Origin: an uncultured Trueperaceae bacterium
Lineage (GTDB): Bacteria; Deinococcota; Deinococci; Deinococcales; Trueperaceae
Assembly: GCA_963799485.1 (NCBI GenBank)
Contig: CAWCXJ010000001.1
Location: forward strand, 1-64,000
Direction: 5' to 3'
DNA: 64,000 bases
Both the position numbers and the translations under genes were made by a program. Shown here piece after piece: positions 51,472 through 61,707 of this stretch; the first letter of the stretch is position 1; every line of letters starts with the position of its first letter. A model generated the notes under the pieces. That model had not been told where the DNA came from, did no database searches, and worked only from the letters and a program-made list of their open reading frames with translations.

Positions 51472-52773
51472 CTACTCGAGCGGCTTGCCGATAAAGGCTA
51501 CCGGGTCCCAACCGTAAGCCACTACGATTTCCCCGCCGACGTTATCTGCCACTGGGTCGAGCATCTTGACCGGCAGGGGTGTGAGTGAAGTCCAGCCGTC
51601 GGTCTTGGGGTCGTAGGCAAAGGTGTCCGGCCTGCCCATGAGGTGCCCGACCTCGCCGCCCATCACGATGATGCGCCCGTTCATGACAAAGCTCGAGTTG
51701 CTGTTGTGCGAGATTGCCAAGGGCATACTCGCGACCTGCGCCCAGCTGTCGGTTTGCGGGTCGTAAGCGTGAACATCGGCTTGCGTGGTAAGTTTGCCGT
51801 CGTGACCACGCTGTCCGGCAATCGCATAGATTTTGCCGCCCAGCACGGCTGCGCCCAGGTGGTTGCGCGGGTTGGGCAGCTCGGCACCTTCACGCCACAC
51901 CTTGGCACCGTCCGCTAGATCGAGGATAAAAAGCGTACCCACGTCGGCCTTGCGGCGGTCGTTGCTGCCGCCGAAGTAGTAGAGCTTGCCGCCGTAATAC
52001 TCGAGCTGTCCCGCACTGCGCGCTTCGGGCAGGTCGGGCATACGGGAGTAGGTGTTTTCGGCGACGTTGTAACGCCACACCTCACGCGTCCCGAAAATCT
52101 GCCCGGTGTAGTCGTTATTCGAGGTGTAGCCGCCCGCAAAATAAATATCGCGCCCGTCGGTGGTAAACCCGGCGTGCGTGACGCCGCCGTACCCCGTCTT
52201 GTTCATCGGCGGCAGCGGTGCGAGGGGCGTCCAGGTCGCCGCCACCGGATCGAAAACGAAGGTGCGGTCGGTCGGCCTGCAGCAGCGGTAGGTACTGTCG
52301 AAACCCCCGAACGCGTAAAGCTTGCCGTTTAACGACACACTTTGCGCTTCGGCAACCCCGTAAGGCGGGACGGCGGTCGGTTGCCAGGTGAGGTCGGTAA
52401 AGGTAGCGCCGCCTTCCGAGTTGTCTTCCGCTACCGTAACGACCGGGGCAGCCTGACTGATACTCTGCCCGTCCAAAGTGACGCTGAGTGTCGCCGGAAA
52501 GCTGCCGGAACCGGCGAAGGTGTGGGTCTGGCTGTTCGCCGCGCAGTCCAAGGTGTACTCGGGCGTGCCGTCGGCCCCGATATCGAGCTGACACGACGCT
52601 CCGGTACCCCTGACCTTCCAGGTATAGGTGGCGCTTTCGCCCGCTGTGATGCTTGTCGGGGTGACCTCGAGGCGTTCGACGGCGGGCTCCTGAGGGTTCG
52701 TCCGCTCGTTACCCTGACTGCAAGCACCCAAAAGCAGCGCCAAACCGACCAAAACCGGAAGATACTTGTGCAT
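51472..52773 (-). CDS. Kelch-repeat lipoprotein with PKD-like domain
   Basis: Lipobox LGAC and six GG...YDP...W kelch repeats. Confidence 0.85.
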   Translation of the reverse strand: MHKYLPVLVGLALLLGACSQGNERTNPQEPAVERLEVTPTSITAGESATYTWKVRGTGASCQLDIGADGTPEYTLDCAANSQTHTFAGSGSFPATLSVTLDGQSISQAAPVVTVAEDNSEGGATFTDLTWQPTAVPPYGVAEAQSVSLNGKLYAFGGFDSTYRCCRPTDRTFVFDPVAATWTPLAPLPPMNKTGYGGVTHAGFTTDGRDIYFAGGYTSNNDYTGQIFGTREVWRYNVAENTYSRMPDLPEARSAGQLEYYGGKLYYFGGSNDRRKADVGTLFILDLADGAKVWREGAELPNPRNHLGAAVLGGKIYAIAGQRGHDGKLTTQADVHAYDPQTDSWAQVASMPLAISHNSNSSFVMNGRIIVMGGEVGHLMGRPDTFAYDPKTDGWTSLTPLPVKMLDPVADNVGGEIVVAYGWDPVAFIGKPLE

Positions 52774-53085
52774 GTCGCCCAGTATGCCCGAGATTTGCCT
52801 GGTTTTCTGTAATCACTAACCGATAAACTCGGTAAACTGCTAAAGGGTGAAGTTGATGTACGCCTGTTGGCCGTAAAATCGACTTGACCGTAAGCTCGGC
52901 CGTAAAGCTTGCCACACAGGCAGCGGCGCAGACGTCGCAAGTAGCTTCAGGGAGCGGCTTACCTCACATCCTTGCTACGCTGAACCTGTTAGAGTCGGTT
53001 ATGACAGTGAGCTGCGTCTGAGTAACTATAGTTACGATGTGTTTTACGTATTTTACGTGATGAGCCGAAGCTTTTTGGAGTCGTT

Positions 53086-53616
53086 ATGCACGTCTGGATA
53101 ATCACGGATTTTCAGGTTCTCAATAAAGCGTTGACCGAACTCGTAACCAGTCTCGGTTTTAAGGCGCACGCCACCCACACGCCTGAAGTCGAGATTGCAC
53201 TTGCCTACCTTACCCGCACCTCGCCGCCTTATCCGGCCCCTCCGCCCGTCCCGACCTTAGCGCTTTTTTCCGGCAGTGAAGACGAGGTGATCCGCTTGTT
53301 GCAACGCGGGTACCGCGGCTATCTAGGGCCGGACGACCCGTTGAGCCGCCTCAAGCTGGCGCTCGAGGCTCTCCGCCGGGGTGAAATCTGGGCGAGCCGT
53401 GAGCTCCTGACGCGCACCCTTGGGACGCTTGCCGCCCCGCAACTGACCGACCGCGAGCGTGAAGTCTTGCAACTTTTAGCAGGTGGGCTCAGCAACCGTG
53501 CGATTGCCGAGCAACTAGGTATTTCAGAGCGTACCGTCAAGGCGCACGTTTCGAACTTGTTCGACAAACACGGCGTCAGAAACCGCACCGAACTCGTGTC
53601 GCAGGTTCAGCACTAG
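53086..53616 (+). CDS. LuxR/CsgD-like HTH regulator with degenerate receiver
   Basis: [39 protein letters not shown]. Confidence 0.9.
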   Translation: MHVWIITDFQVLNKALTELVTSLGFKAHATHTPEVEIALAYLTRTSPPYPAPPPVPTLALFSGSEDEVIRLLQRGYRGYLGPDDPLSRLKLALEALRRGEIWASRELLTRTLGTLAAPQLTDREREVLQLLAGGLSNRAIAEQLGISERTVKAHVSNLFDKHGVRNRTELVSQVQH

Positions 53617-53635
53617 CTGGTTTCGGCTTTCCCTC

Positions 53636-53697
53636 AACCCTTTGAGCCTTAACCCTTTGAGTAGGCGTTCGTGTGCACTAAACCGTGTGCACTAAAC
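53636..53697. repeat. Two adjacent short tandem duplications
   Basis: AACCCTTTGAG x2 (53636, 53651) and CGTGTGCACTAAAC x2 (53670, 53684). Confidence 0.85.
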
Positions 53698-53827
53698 GGG
53701 GGTAGATGTTCTTAGCTAAATCAGGGGCGTTTCGGGGCTGTTTGCTTTTGCGGTGCTACGCCCTTACTGCACTTTGACCGTGTACAAAGGCGGGCGCACA
53801 CCTGCCAAGAGGGTGCTACCCTAGAGG

Positions 53828-54568
53828 ATGCGTCTTTTAATCTCCAACGACGACGGCATCTACAGCCCCGGTATTTGCGCCCTCGCCGAGGTCGCTAGTG
53901 AGTTCGGTGAAGTCCGAATCGTCGCACCCGACGTCGAGCAGTCGGCGATGGGTCACGCGATTACCATCAGCAGGCCGCTCACCTATCACAAAACGCCTAT
54001 CGAGGGCTTCGACGCCTACCGCGTCAACGGTACGCCCGCCGACTGTGTCGCGCTCGGGGCCGACCTCTGGGACAGTGTTGATTTGGTCTTGTCGGGTATC
54101 AACTTAGGGCTCAACGTAGGGCACAACGTGTGGCATTCGGGTACGGTCGCGGCAGCGAAGCAGGCCGCTTTTCTAGATATTCAGGCGGTCGCCTTCAGCG
54201 CTCCCTACGAAGGCACGCCGCCCGATTACGAGGCACTTAAGCCCTTCATCCGGGATATCATCACCCACCTGGTAGAGCTAAAATTGCCTCTGGTCAACGT
54301 CAACTTGCCGCTTCAGCCCCAGGGCATCCGCTGGACGCGGCAGTCGGTGCGTCACTACGAGGGGAGCGTCGTCCCCGGTGAAGACCCGATGGGGCGTTCG
54401 CACTACTGGTTTGCGGCCTATCCGCGTACCGGGGCCGAAAAGGGTACCGACCGTTGGGCGCTCGAGCACAACTATGTTTCGCTGACGCCGCTGCGCCTCG
54501 ACCTGACGGACGAAAAGCTGCTTAGCGAAGCAGTCACGCGGGCGAAAGAAGCGCAGGTTTCCCGGTAA
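53828..54568 (+). CDS. surE: 5'/3'-nucleotidase SurE
   Basis: ISNDDG, GTPADCV, SGINLG and SGTVAAA. Confidence 0.95.
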   Translation: MRLLISNDDGIYSPGICALAEVASEFGEVRIVAPDVEQSAMGHAITISRPLTYHKTPIEGFDAYRVNGTPADCVALGADLWDSVDLVLSGINLGLNVGHNVWHSGTVAAAKQAAFLDIQAVAFSAPYEGTPPDYEALKPFIRDIITHLVELKLPLVNVNLPLQPQGIRWTRQSVRHYEGSVVPGEDPMGRSHYWFAAYPRTGAEKGTDRWALEHNYVSLTPLRLDLTDEKLLSEAVTRAKEAQVSR

Positions 54569-54578
54569 GGGCTCCCGG

Positions 54579-55361
54579 TTACGTGCCTGAGTCGGCCCGA
54601 CTGGCAGCGCTGTGTTTGTGATAGTGCGCTACCCAGGCGTCTGAAACCTCGTCGGCGAGCCGTTCGTGGGGTAACTCCGGCAGTGACCAGTCGGGGGCGG
54701 GCTCGAGCCCCAAAAAGTCCAGAATGCTCCGTACTGCTGTTTCGGGTACCCGCACATAGTCTTCGTAGACGACGGTGTAGGGCGTAGCCCCGAACGCGTC
54801 GAAAAAACCTTGCCAACGCGCCTCGCGCAGCGTCAATTCGTGAACCCAGTGGTTGAGGGCGGCAAAATCGAACTCGGTGTCAAGGTCTGTTTCAGAGGCT
54901 GCGTCAGAGTCTGACGTAGCCTCAGGTGCTTCACCGCTGTAACGTGCCCACACCCCCGACGACCTCGCCCGCACATACGAAACCGCCTGCTTCACTTTGT
55001 CGCGCCGGGTCAAATAAACGAAGCGGAGGTCCGGAAACGCCCACCGCACCGCGTCGGCGTCACTCAGCTGCGGCGCACAGAGCCGTTCGCGCAGGGCGTC
55101 GAAGGTGGGGTCGGCGTCCTCGTCGAGCATCACCTTGACCCCGAAAACCCCGTTTGCGGTCGCTGTTCGCGTAGTTACGGCGTCCAGATAGCTGCTTGCG
55201 CTAGCGACCTCGAAGCGCTCAAAAAGCTCGGGCCAGAAGCGGCGGTTGAAGTATTCGGTCGGGCGTCCGGCGACGGCGGTTTGCTCGAGCGCGTCGCAGA
55301 GCGCCGAAGAGCCGCTACGGGGCGTGGTGCAGAGCCAGTAAGAGGGGTTGAAAAAGGTCAC
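54579..55361 (-). CDS. Stf0-family sulfotransferase (likely GTG start 55361)
   Basis: TPRSGSSALC (PAPS loop), GRPTEYF, NGVFGVK, RRDKVKQAVS and VVYED. Confidence 0.87.
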   Translation of the reverse strand: MTFFNPSYWLCTTPRSGSSALCDALEQTAVAGRPTEYFNRRFWPELFERFEVASASSYLDAVTTRTATANGVFGVKVMLDEDADPTFDALRERLCAPQLSDADAVRWAFPDLRFVYLTRRDKVKQAVSYVRARSSGVWARYSGEAPEATSDSDAASETDLDTEFDFAALNHWVHELTLREARWQGFFDAFGATPYTVVYEDYVRVPETAVRSILDFLGLEPAPDWSLPELPHERLADEVSDAWVAHYHKHSAASRADSGT

Positions 55362-55933
55362 GCTTTTAGGATGAAGTACCCCGCGCGCTCCGTTAGCGGG
55401 ATACTTCCGGTTCACGGTTCGGGATACTTCACGGTTCTGAGTACTCCACGGTTGTGGAAGACAGTCGCCGGGAGTCTCGTTGTAGCGGGTCTCGAGCCGC
55501 CGTGAAAGCGCGGTAATTTGTCCGGTCTTTATCACCATGCAAAAGGTGTCTGCCGAAAAAACGGTCTCGGCGAACGTGCAAGGCGAGGCGTTGCCAGATG
55601 TCTTCGGCAGGCGCGCTTCGTAGTGTTTCGGGGTGCTCGCGGTACGCTTCTGCTTCTTCAAACCAGTTCGGTCAACCGATTCGTCAACCGAAAGGCATCA
55701 CCAGGTCGTAGCGGTAGAGCAGTTGTAAAAACGCTGAAAGTCGCCCCTCCCAGTAAGGTACTAACAGGCTCCACTTAAAGCCAACCTCACTCGGAAGTAC
55801 GAAAAAATGCTTCGCCCCGGACGTTTTGCTCTAACAAGAGCGCCAGCCCCAAGCCGAGCCCCGGGCAACCAGCCCAAAAGAACACCGTAAAACCTCGCTT
55901 CTCGATATACGTATACCTGCTATATTAACTGTT

Positions 55934-56608
55934 GTGTTAATGCTTTTTACGACCTTGCAACGCTACCTGCGCGAGCCTGTCAACAGCCTCTCTCACTTCG
56001 CCGGGATCATCCTGAGCTTGGTCGGTCTGAGCGTACTGCTGTTCTCCTCGGCGGGTGAGCCCTGGCGCTTGACGAGTTTCGCCGTTTACGGTGTCAGCTC
56101 GGTGCTCCTCTACACCTCGAGCACGCTGCTCCACAGTCTCAAGGTCAAGGCGCAGGCCGAGCGCTGGCTGCTCCGCCTCGATCACGCGGCTATTTTCATC
56201 TTGATTGCCGGCAGCTACACGCCGATCACCTTGGTTACGCTGCGGGAGCACAGCCCGGCGTGGGGCTGGACGCTGTTCGGCACTGTTTGGGGCATCTCCG
56301 TTCTCGGCGTTATCTTCAAGCTTTTCTGGCTCGACGCACCACGCTGGCTTTCGACCGGGCTTTACTTGCTGATGGGCTGGCTGGCGGTGGTCGCCGGCGG
56401 CCCGCTTGTTAGCGCCTTACCGGCCGGAGGACTTGTCTGGTTGGTGGTAGGGGGACTGTTTTACTCCGCGGGAGCCGTTGTCTTTATCCTCGAGCGCCCC
56501 AACTTCTATCCCGGCGTCCTGGGTCATCATGAGCTGTGGCACTTTTTTGTTCTGGCGGGCAGTATCAGCTACTTTTTGATGCTGTTTTTCTATGTACTCC
56601 CGGCGTAA
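55934..56608 (+). CDS. Hemolysin III / PAQR-family membrane protein
   Basis: EPVNSLSH, RLDHAAIFILIAGSYTP and HELWHFFVL. Confidence 0.92.
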   Translation: MLMLFTTLQRYLREPVNSLSHFAGIILSLVGLSVLLFSSAGEPWRLTSFAVYGVSSVLLYTSSTLLHSLKVKAQAERWLLRLDHAAIFILIAGSYTPITLVTLREHSPAWGWTLFGTVWGISVLGVIFKLFWLDAPRWLSTGLYLLMGWLAVVAGGPLVSALPAGGLVWLVVGGLFYSAGAVVFILERPNFYPGVLGHHELWHFFVLAGSISYFLMLFFYVLPA

Positions 56609-56725
56609 GCAGGTTGTGTGTTTGACCGGTGAGCTTCTTGGTCGAAAAAGACACTACTAGAAACGCATATATTATGAGGTGATACCTGCGGGTTTTACGT
56701 TCCGTGACGGTAACCGCTTTTAGAG

Positions 56726-59128
56726 GTGATGACGATAAGAGAGGCAGTTACAGCGCAAGAACTTAGAAACCGGCTGCGGGGGCCTTTGACCCTCGAGCTT
56801 AGGAGTGGCTGCCACGATACGGCGGTCAAGGGGGGGCTCGAGCGCCTCTTGGAAACCGTCGGCGGGCCGTTCGGCGACGTACGGGAACTGATAGGCGGTT
56901 ACGGCGCACTCTCGCCCGGTGAACGCGAAGAGAGGTTGGAGCAAGCCCTGACGCTCCTCGGCCCGCCCGAAGAACCGGTTTTTACACCTTCACCGTCGGC
57001 TACACCTCTCCGAAAACCCGTAAAACCTGCACCTGCCGCGCCGGACGTTCAAGTTATGGATTTCGCCAGTGCCCAACTGGGCGCCGAGTTTGACCCCGGC
57101 ACGCTCAACGTCGGTCAGAGCGCCGTAAAAAAACTTGCGCCGCTGGGTCTCAAAACCTACCGTGACCTCTTGTTTTACTATCCCAAACGCTACGAAGACC
57201 GCCGCGCCCTGCCGAGTTTTGCGGCTTTGGGCGAGCAGGAATCGGTCACAGTCGTCGGGACGATTACGGGGCGCAAGCTCACGCGGGCGCGGAGCGGAAT
57301 GACGGTGGTGCGGGCGTTTTTAGAAGACACGCACGGCGCAAGGCTCACAGTCGTGTGGTTTAACCAGGCGTGGCTCGAGAAGCAACTTTTCCCCGGTCAG
57401 CGCATCGTCGTCACCGGCAAGGTCAAACGGCGCGGCAGCGTGACTGAACTCTCAGCGGCGCATCATGAAATCGACGACGACTCCGAATCGCTCTCGGCGG
57501 GGCGGATTGTCGGCGTTTACGGCGCTACGCAGGGCTTAAGTCAAGCCTACCTGCGGCGGGCAATACGTAGACTTTTAGATGCGCTGCAACTCGTGCCCGA
57601 CCATCTGCCGAAAAGCATCGTCGAACGGTTTCACCTCATCTCGCTCGACGAGGCGTTGCGTGAAGTGCATTTTCCTACGGGTGAGAAAGCACTTTCAGCA
57701 GCTTTACGGCGTTTGAAGTTCGACGAGTTTTTGTTTCTCGAGCTGCGCGTTTTGTTAAACCGCGATACGGCGCTGGTCGGCAAACAGTTCAAGGTCAGGC
57801 AGGGTGATTTAGAGATGTTCGCCTCGAGCCTGCCCTTTAAGCTCACGAACGCGCAGAGCCGCGTGCTAGACGAGATTTTAGGCGATATGGCGAATCCCAA
57901 ACAGATGGCGCGGCTGCTGCAAGGGGACGTCGGTTCGGGTAAAACGGCGGTGGCAGCGGCAGCGGCATATATCGCCGTAAAAAACGGCTTTCAGGCCGCG
58001 CTCATGGCCCCAACCGAAATCCTGGCGCGACAACACTACCTGAACCTGATGCAGTATTTGCAACCCCTCGGCGTCGCGTGCGACTTGTTTATCGGGTCGT
58101 CGGGTTTCAAAGAGCGGCGGGGGGCGCGGGAGCGCTTGCAGTCGTCGCAAACCGACCTTGCCGTTGGAACCCACGCCTTGATTCAAGAAGGCGTCGTGTT
58201 TCGCAACTTAGGTCTGGCCATCGTGGACGAAGAACACCGTTTCGGCGTCGAACAGCGCCGTAAACTCCTGGGCAACTCCCCGGACGTCTTGGTCATGAGC
58301 GCCACGCCGATTCCGCGTTCGCTGGCCCTGACCTATTACGGCGACCTCGAGCTCTCGATCATCGACGAACTCCCGCCCGGTCGTCAAGGGGTTGAAACCC
58401 GCTTGGTCGGTGACGCCAAACGCCGCGACGTGTACCGTTTTGCGTGGGGCGAGATTCAAAAAGGGCGGCAGGTTTACCTGGTCACGCCCCTAATTGAAGA
58501 GAGCGAAGCCGAAGTCATGAGCGAAATCGTCTCGGCGACGCAGATGTTTGACGATTTACGGGCCATCATGCCCGAAGGCTGCCGCATTGCGCTGTTGCAC
58601 GGCAAGCTGACCGGTCAGGAAAAAGACGAGGTGATGGAGGCGTTTCGCCGCCGTGAGTACGACCTTTTAGTCTCAACGACCGTGATTGAAGTGGGAGTGG
58701 ACATCCCGAACGCTTCGGTGATGATTATCGAAAATGCCGAACGCTTTGGGCTCTCCCAACTCCATCAGCTCCGGGGCCGGGTCGGGCGCGGCGAACACGC
58801 GAGCTTCTGCATCCTGGTGGCGGGCGACCGCTCGAAAAAGACGCAGCAGCGGCTTGGCGTCATCGAAAAGAACACAGACGGGTTTGTGATTGCGGAAAAA
58901 GATTTGGAACTGCGCGGCCCCGGTGAGCTGCGCGGGACGCGGCAGTCGGGGATGCCGGATCTGGTGTTGGGCGACCTTGCGCAAGATACGGAGATTATCG
59001 AGCGCTCACGTGATTTGGCGAAACGGATGTTGGAGGCTGACCCGAAGCTCGAGGCGTTGTGGGCGGCAAGGCTGCGTGAAGAACTCAAGCGCCGGAGCCG
59101 CGCGGTGGCGTTTAGGGAGATTATCTAG
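56726..59128 (+). CDS. recG: ATP-dependent DNA helicase RecG
   Basis: LQGDVGSGKT, DEEHRFG, MSATPIPR, QLHQLRGRVGRG and DLELRGPG. Confidence 0.97.
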   Translation: MMTIREAVTAQELRNRLRGPLTLELRSGCHDTAVKGGLERLLETVGGPFGDVRELIGGYGALSPGEREERLEQALTLLGPPEEPVFTPSPSATPLRKPVKPAPAAPDVQVMDFASAQLGAEFDPGTLNVGQSAVKKLAPLGLKTYRDLLFYYPKRYEDRRALPSFAALGEQESVTVVGTITGRKLTRARSGMTVVRAFLEDTHGARLTVVWFNQAWLEKQLFPGQRIVVTGKVKRRGSVTELSAAHHEIDDDSESLSAGRIVGVYGATQGLSQAYLRRAIRRLLDALQLVPDHLPKSIVERFHLISLDEALREVHFPTGEKALSAALRRLKFDEFLFLELRVLLNRDTALVGKQFKVRQGDLEMFASSLPFKLTNAQSRVLDEILGDMANPKQMARLLQGDVGSGKTAVAAAAAYIAVKNGFQAALMAPTEILARQHYLNLMQYLQPLGVACDLFIGSSGFKERRGARERLQSSQTDLAVGTHALIQEGVVFRNLGLAIVDEEHRFGVEQRRKLLGNSPDVLVMSATPIPRSLALTYYGDLELSIIDELPPGRQGVETRLVGDAKRRDVYRFAWGEIQKGRQVYLVTPLIEESEAEVMSEIVSATQMFDDLRAIMPEGCRIALLHGKLTGQEKDEVMEAFRRREYDLLVSTTVIEVGVDIPNASVMIIENAERFGLSQLHQLRGRVGRGEHASFCILVAGDRSKKTQQRLGVIEKNTDGFVIAEKDLELRGPGELRGTRQSGMPDLVLGDLAQDTEIIERSRDLAKRMLEADPKLEALWAARLREELKRRSRAVAFREII

Positions 59129-59189
59129 CCGTGCGGCGTTACGACGAAGCCCGTTTTTCCAAGCACGGTTTGTGTCAAGCTGAGTTCAG

Positions 59190-59645
59190 ATGAGCCTCCT
59201 TCTACGCTTTGGCTTCTTCTTCATCGTTGCAGGCTTGATTATCGGTCTGCTCGTGCGCCGCAGCTACCCCGAACGGACACCTGAGGCCGTTCTAATTTCA
59301 GGGCTGCCGTGGGCGGTTCACCTTGTCTACGCGCTGGTCTGGGCGCTCAGCACCTACCAGGCCGTTCTCAGCACCATCATCTTCGGACTTTTGGACGTCG
59401 CGCTAGCCGTTCTTATCTTCCGCTTCGGGCCGCGCCTTTACCGCCGCGACACCCGCCGCGCCGCGTTCGTCCCGCTGCTACTGCTAGCAGGTCATATTCT
59501 CATTCTGAGCGTGTGGATACTTCTTACCGAGGTGTCGTTTGGAACGTTGCCGAACCTGTACTTCGTCGCCGCGACGCTGTTTGTTTCGGCGGGGCTGTTG
59601 ACTTACGGCATTCCGTTACCTAAGGGCATCGTCAGGCGGCGCTAG
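59190..59645 (+). CDS. Hypothetical membrane protein
   Basis: About five hydrophobic helices; fills the gap after recG. Confidence 0.65.
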   Translation: MSLLLRFGFFFIVAGLIIGLLVRRSYPERTPEAVLISGLPWAVHLVYALVWALSTYQAVLSTIIFGLLDVALAVLIFRFGPRLYRRDTRRAAFVPLLLLAGHILILSVWILLTEVSFGTLPNLYFVAATLFVSAGLLTYGIPLPKGIVRRR

Positions 59646-59655
59646 AGGTTGCCGG

Positions 59656-61638
59656 TTACAAACCCTCGAGCGCCTCCAGCAACCGGTACTTGCGCTTGTG
59701 TTTACCCCGTAAAACTGTAACGTAAGCCTGCCACGCCTCCGCTCGTCCGCTTGCGCCATACGCCGTTTTCGCATAACCCAGCCACCGTGCGGCACTGTCG
59801 TAATGGTTCGACCGGCCCCCGTCCATAATCGGTTCGGCTTTTCCGCGTGCAGTGCTGATGACCCATGAAGCGTGCGTATGGGTAACTGCGCCCATGACTT
59901 TTTGAAGCAGATTGTCGTCGTTAGAACGCGAGGCAATTTTTACGGCGTCGTCCGGCAAACCTTCTTTTAGAAAAATGTCCGCTGCCGCATCGTAGTTCGG
60001 GTAACTCGCGTTTCTCAAGCTCGTAAACAGTTGTTCTTGAACCTGCGGCCAGTCCGCACCGCTCAGGGTTCGCAGAGCTTCATAGCGCGGCAAACTGCTG
60101 ACGAGTTCAAACTCTATCAGGCTGGCGTCCAGTGTAGCCTGATGGTTGCCCACACGCGCCGCCAAATCTTTGGTGAATGATGCGAGGGCGAGGCGGTCGT
60201 TTCGTCCGCTGTTTGTCCCGATGAACTCCAATCCAAGCTCCCGTAAACGGTTTTGCTGTGCTGAATGTTCCTGCTCTGTAGCCCGAGCCAAACCATGTTT
60301 CAAACCGTACTGTGCCACTTCCAAAGCTTCTTCGGGCTGTGCGCCCCCCAGCTGCCGCGCTACCGTGAGCGCATCCTGTTCATTCTTGACATGTTTTTGA
60401 TATTCAACCATGACCTGACTCAGTTTGCCCTGCTCGAGCAGCACGCCCAGATACCCCGCGCCCTGCCCGGTCGTCTCGGCAAACGCCAAGGCTTCGTCGC
60501 TCCGGCCCGTCTCCCGCAGCACCCGCAGGCGAATTTCGCTGTAAGTGTTTCGGTCGGCCCTGCTAAGCTCGAGCCGCGCCACCTCAGCGAGCAATTCTTC
60601 GGCCTCCGCGTCACGGGTCTGCAAGCCTTCAACCAGCGCGTGCGCCGCCATACTGAGACTCGGGTTCGTCCACTCGTTACCGATCTGGTCGTTCCAGGCG
60701 AAAACCTCGTAGAGCAGACGTTTGCGCTCACCTTCACCCAGCACTAAACCTAAAACAGCTTCGGTCAAATACCGGTCGAAATCGTCGAAAATCCATTCAT
60801 CGCTAAAACCGATGCCCTCGTACATGTCTTCTATACTATTGACTTCGTTTATAAAGGTGTTGATGAGGGCACAAGTGAGTGCCAGCGCGTCCCGGTAGGC
60901 GGCGCGTTCCAGAAACGCTTTGATTTCACCGATGACCTTGTAAACTTCCTCGTATTCGGGAAAACCGTCCCAGTCGCGGCCTGCGCCGCGCACCGCCGTT
61001 CGCATCAATTTTTCAAACAAGCGGGTGTCGAGCGCCGGTTCAGCCGGAGGGTCGTCCGGTTCTGAAGTTGCACGCTCAATTTTTCGCTCGGTTTCCTTTT
61101 GTATTTGCGCCTTTTGCAGGTACAGCTCGAGCGCGTCAATCGCCTCGGGGTAGAGCATGAGCAGATATTCCACCGCGCCGCGCAGGTCGTCTTTGCCCAA
61201 AGGTTCTAAAAGTTCGCCGACGCTGGCTTCACTGATGATGTGTTCGGGCCAGAAGTGAACCTCGAGTGCCGCCGCCGCGATATGTTTGCAGTAGTCGCCG
61301 AAACTTTCCGTATAGGGACACGTGCAGTCGGCGTGCTCGAGGTCATCTCCGGAGAGTGTGAGCGTCACCCGGTAGGGTTTGGTGTCGCTGCCCTGCACGC
61401 CCGCCGACACCGTGTTGCCGCGCAGCGTAAGGTTCAAAACTTCGCCGCTCCGCTGATACTTTTGCCCCCGCTCGAGGATGTGCGGCGCAAAGTGGGCGCG
61501 GAGTTTTTGCAAGTCGAGGTTGGGCCTCTCCATGCGTTTAAGTCTAGCGGGTGTGATGGCAGTTAGGTTAGAGCTTAAGTCAGAGCTTAACAGGTTGGAT
61601 GAAGTCGGGACGCTCTGCTCTGAAGTCCTATCAGCCAA
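59656..61638 (-). CDS. SWIM zinc-finger protein (start uncertain)
   Basis: CTCPY......CKHIAA SWIM motif and C-terminal HYDSAARWL...HKRKYRL. Confidence 0.85.
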   Translation of the reverse strand: MADRTSEQSVPTSSNLLSSDLSSNLTAITPARLKRMERPNLDLQKLRAHFAPHILERGQKYQRSGEVLNLTLRGNTVSAGVQGSDTKPYRVTLTLSGDDLEHADCTCPYTESFGDYCKHIAAAALEVHFWPEHIISEASVGELLEPLGKDDLRGAVEYLLMLYPEAIDALELYLQKAQIQKETERKIERATSEPDDPPAEPALDTRLFEKLMRTAVRGAGRDWDGFPEYEEVYKVIGEIKAFLERAAYRDALALTCALINTFINEVNSIEDMYEGIGFSDEWIFDDFDRYLTEAVLGLVLGEGERKRLLYEVFAWNDQIGNEWTNPSLSMAAHALVEGLQTRDAEAEELLAEVARLELSRADRNTYSEIRLRVLRETGRSDEALAFAETTGQGAGYLGVLLEQGKLSQVMVEYQKHVKNEQDALTVARQLGGAQPEEALEVAQYGLKHGLARATEQEHSAQQNRLRELGLEFIGTNSGRNDRLALASFTKDLAARVGNHQATLDASLIEFELVSSLPRYEALRTLSGADWPQVQEQLFTSLRNASYPNYDAAADIFLKEGLPDDAVKIASRSNDDNLLQKVMGAVTHTHASWVISTARGKAEPIMDGGRSNHYDSAARWLGYAKTAYGASGRAEAWQAYVTVLRGKHKRKYRLLEALEGL

Positions 61639-61707
61639 GGTTTGTCTCGGCGCACTTTCTCATTACAAAGAGGGTAAGACGCCCGGACTGAGGTATCATT
61701 CGCGGGT

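Noticed and set aside
55362..55661. N-terminal extension of the sulfotransferase
   Set aside because: No recognisable domain and the TTG start is unsupported; family similarity starts near 55361.
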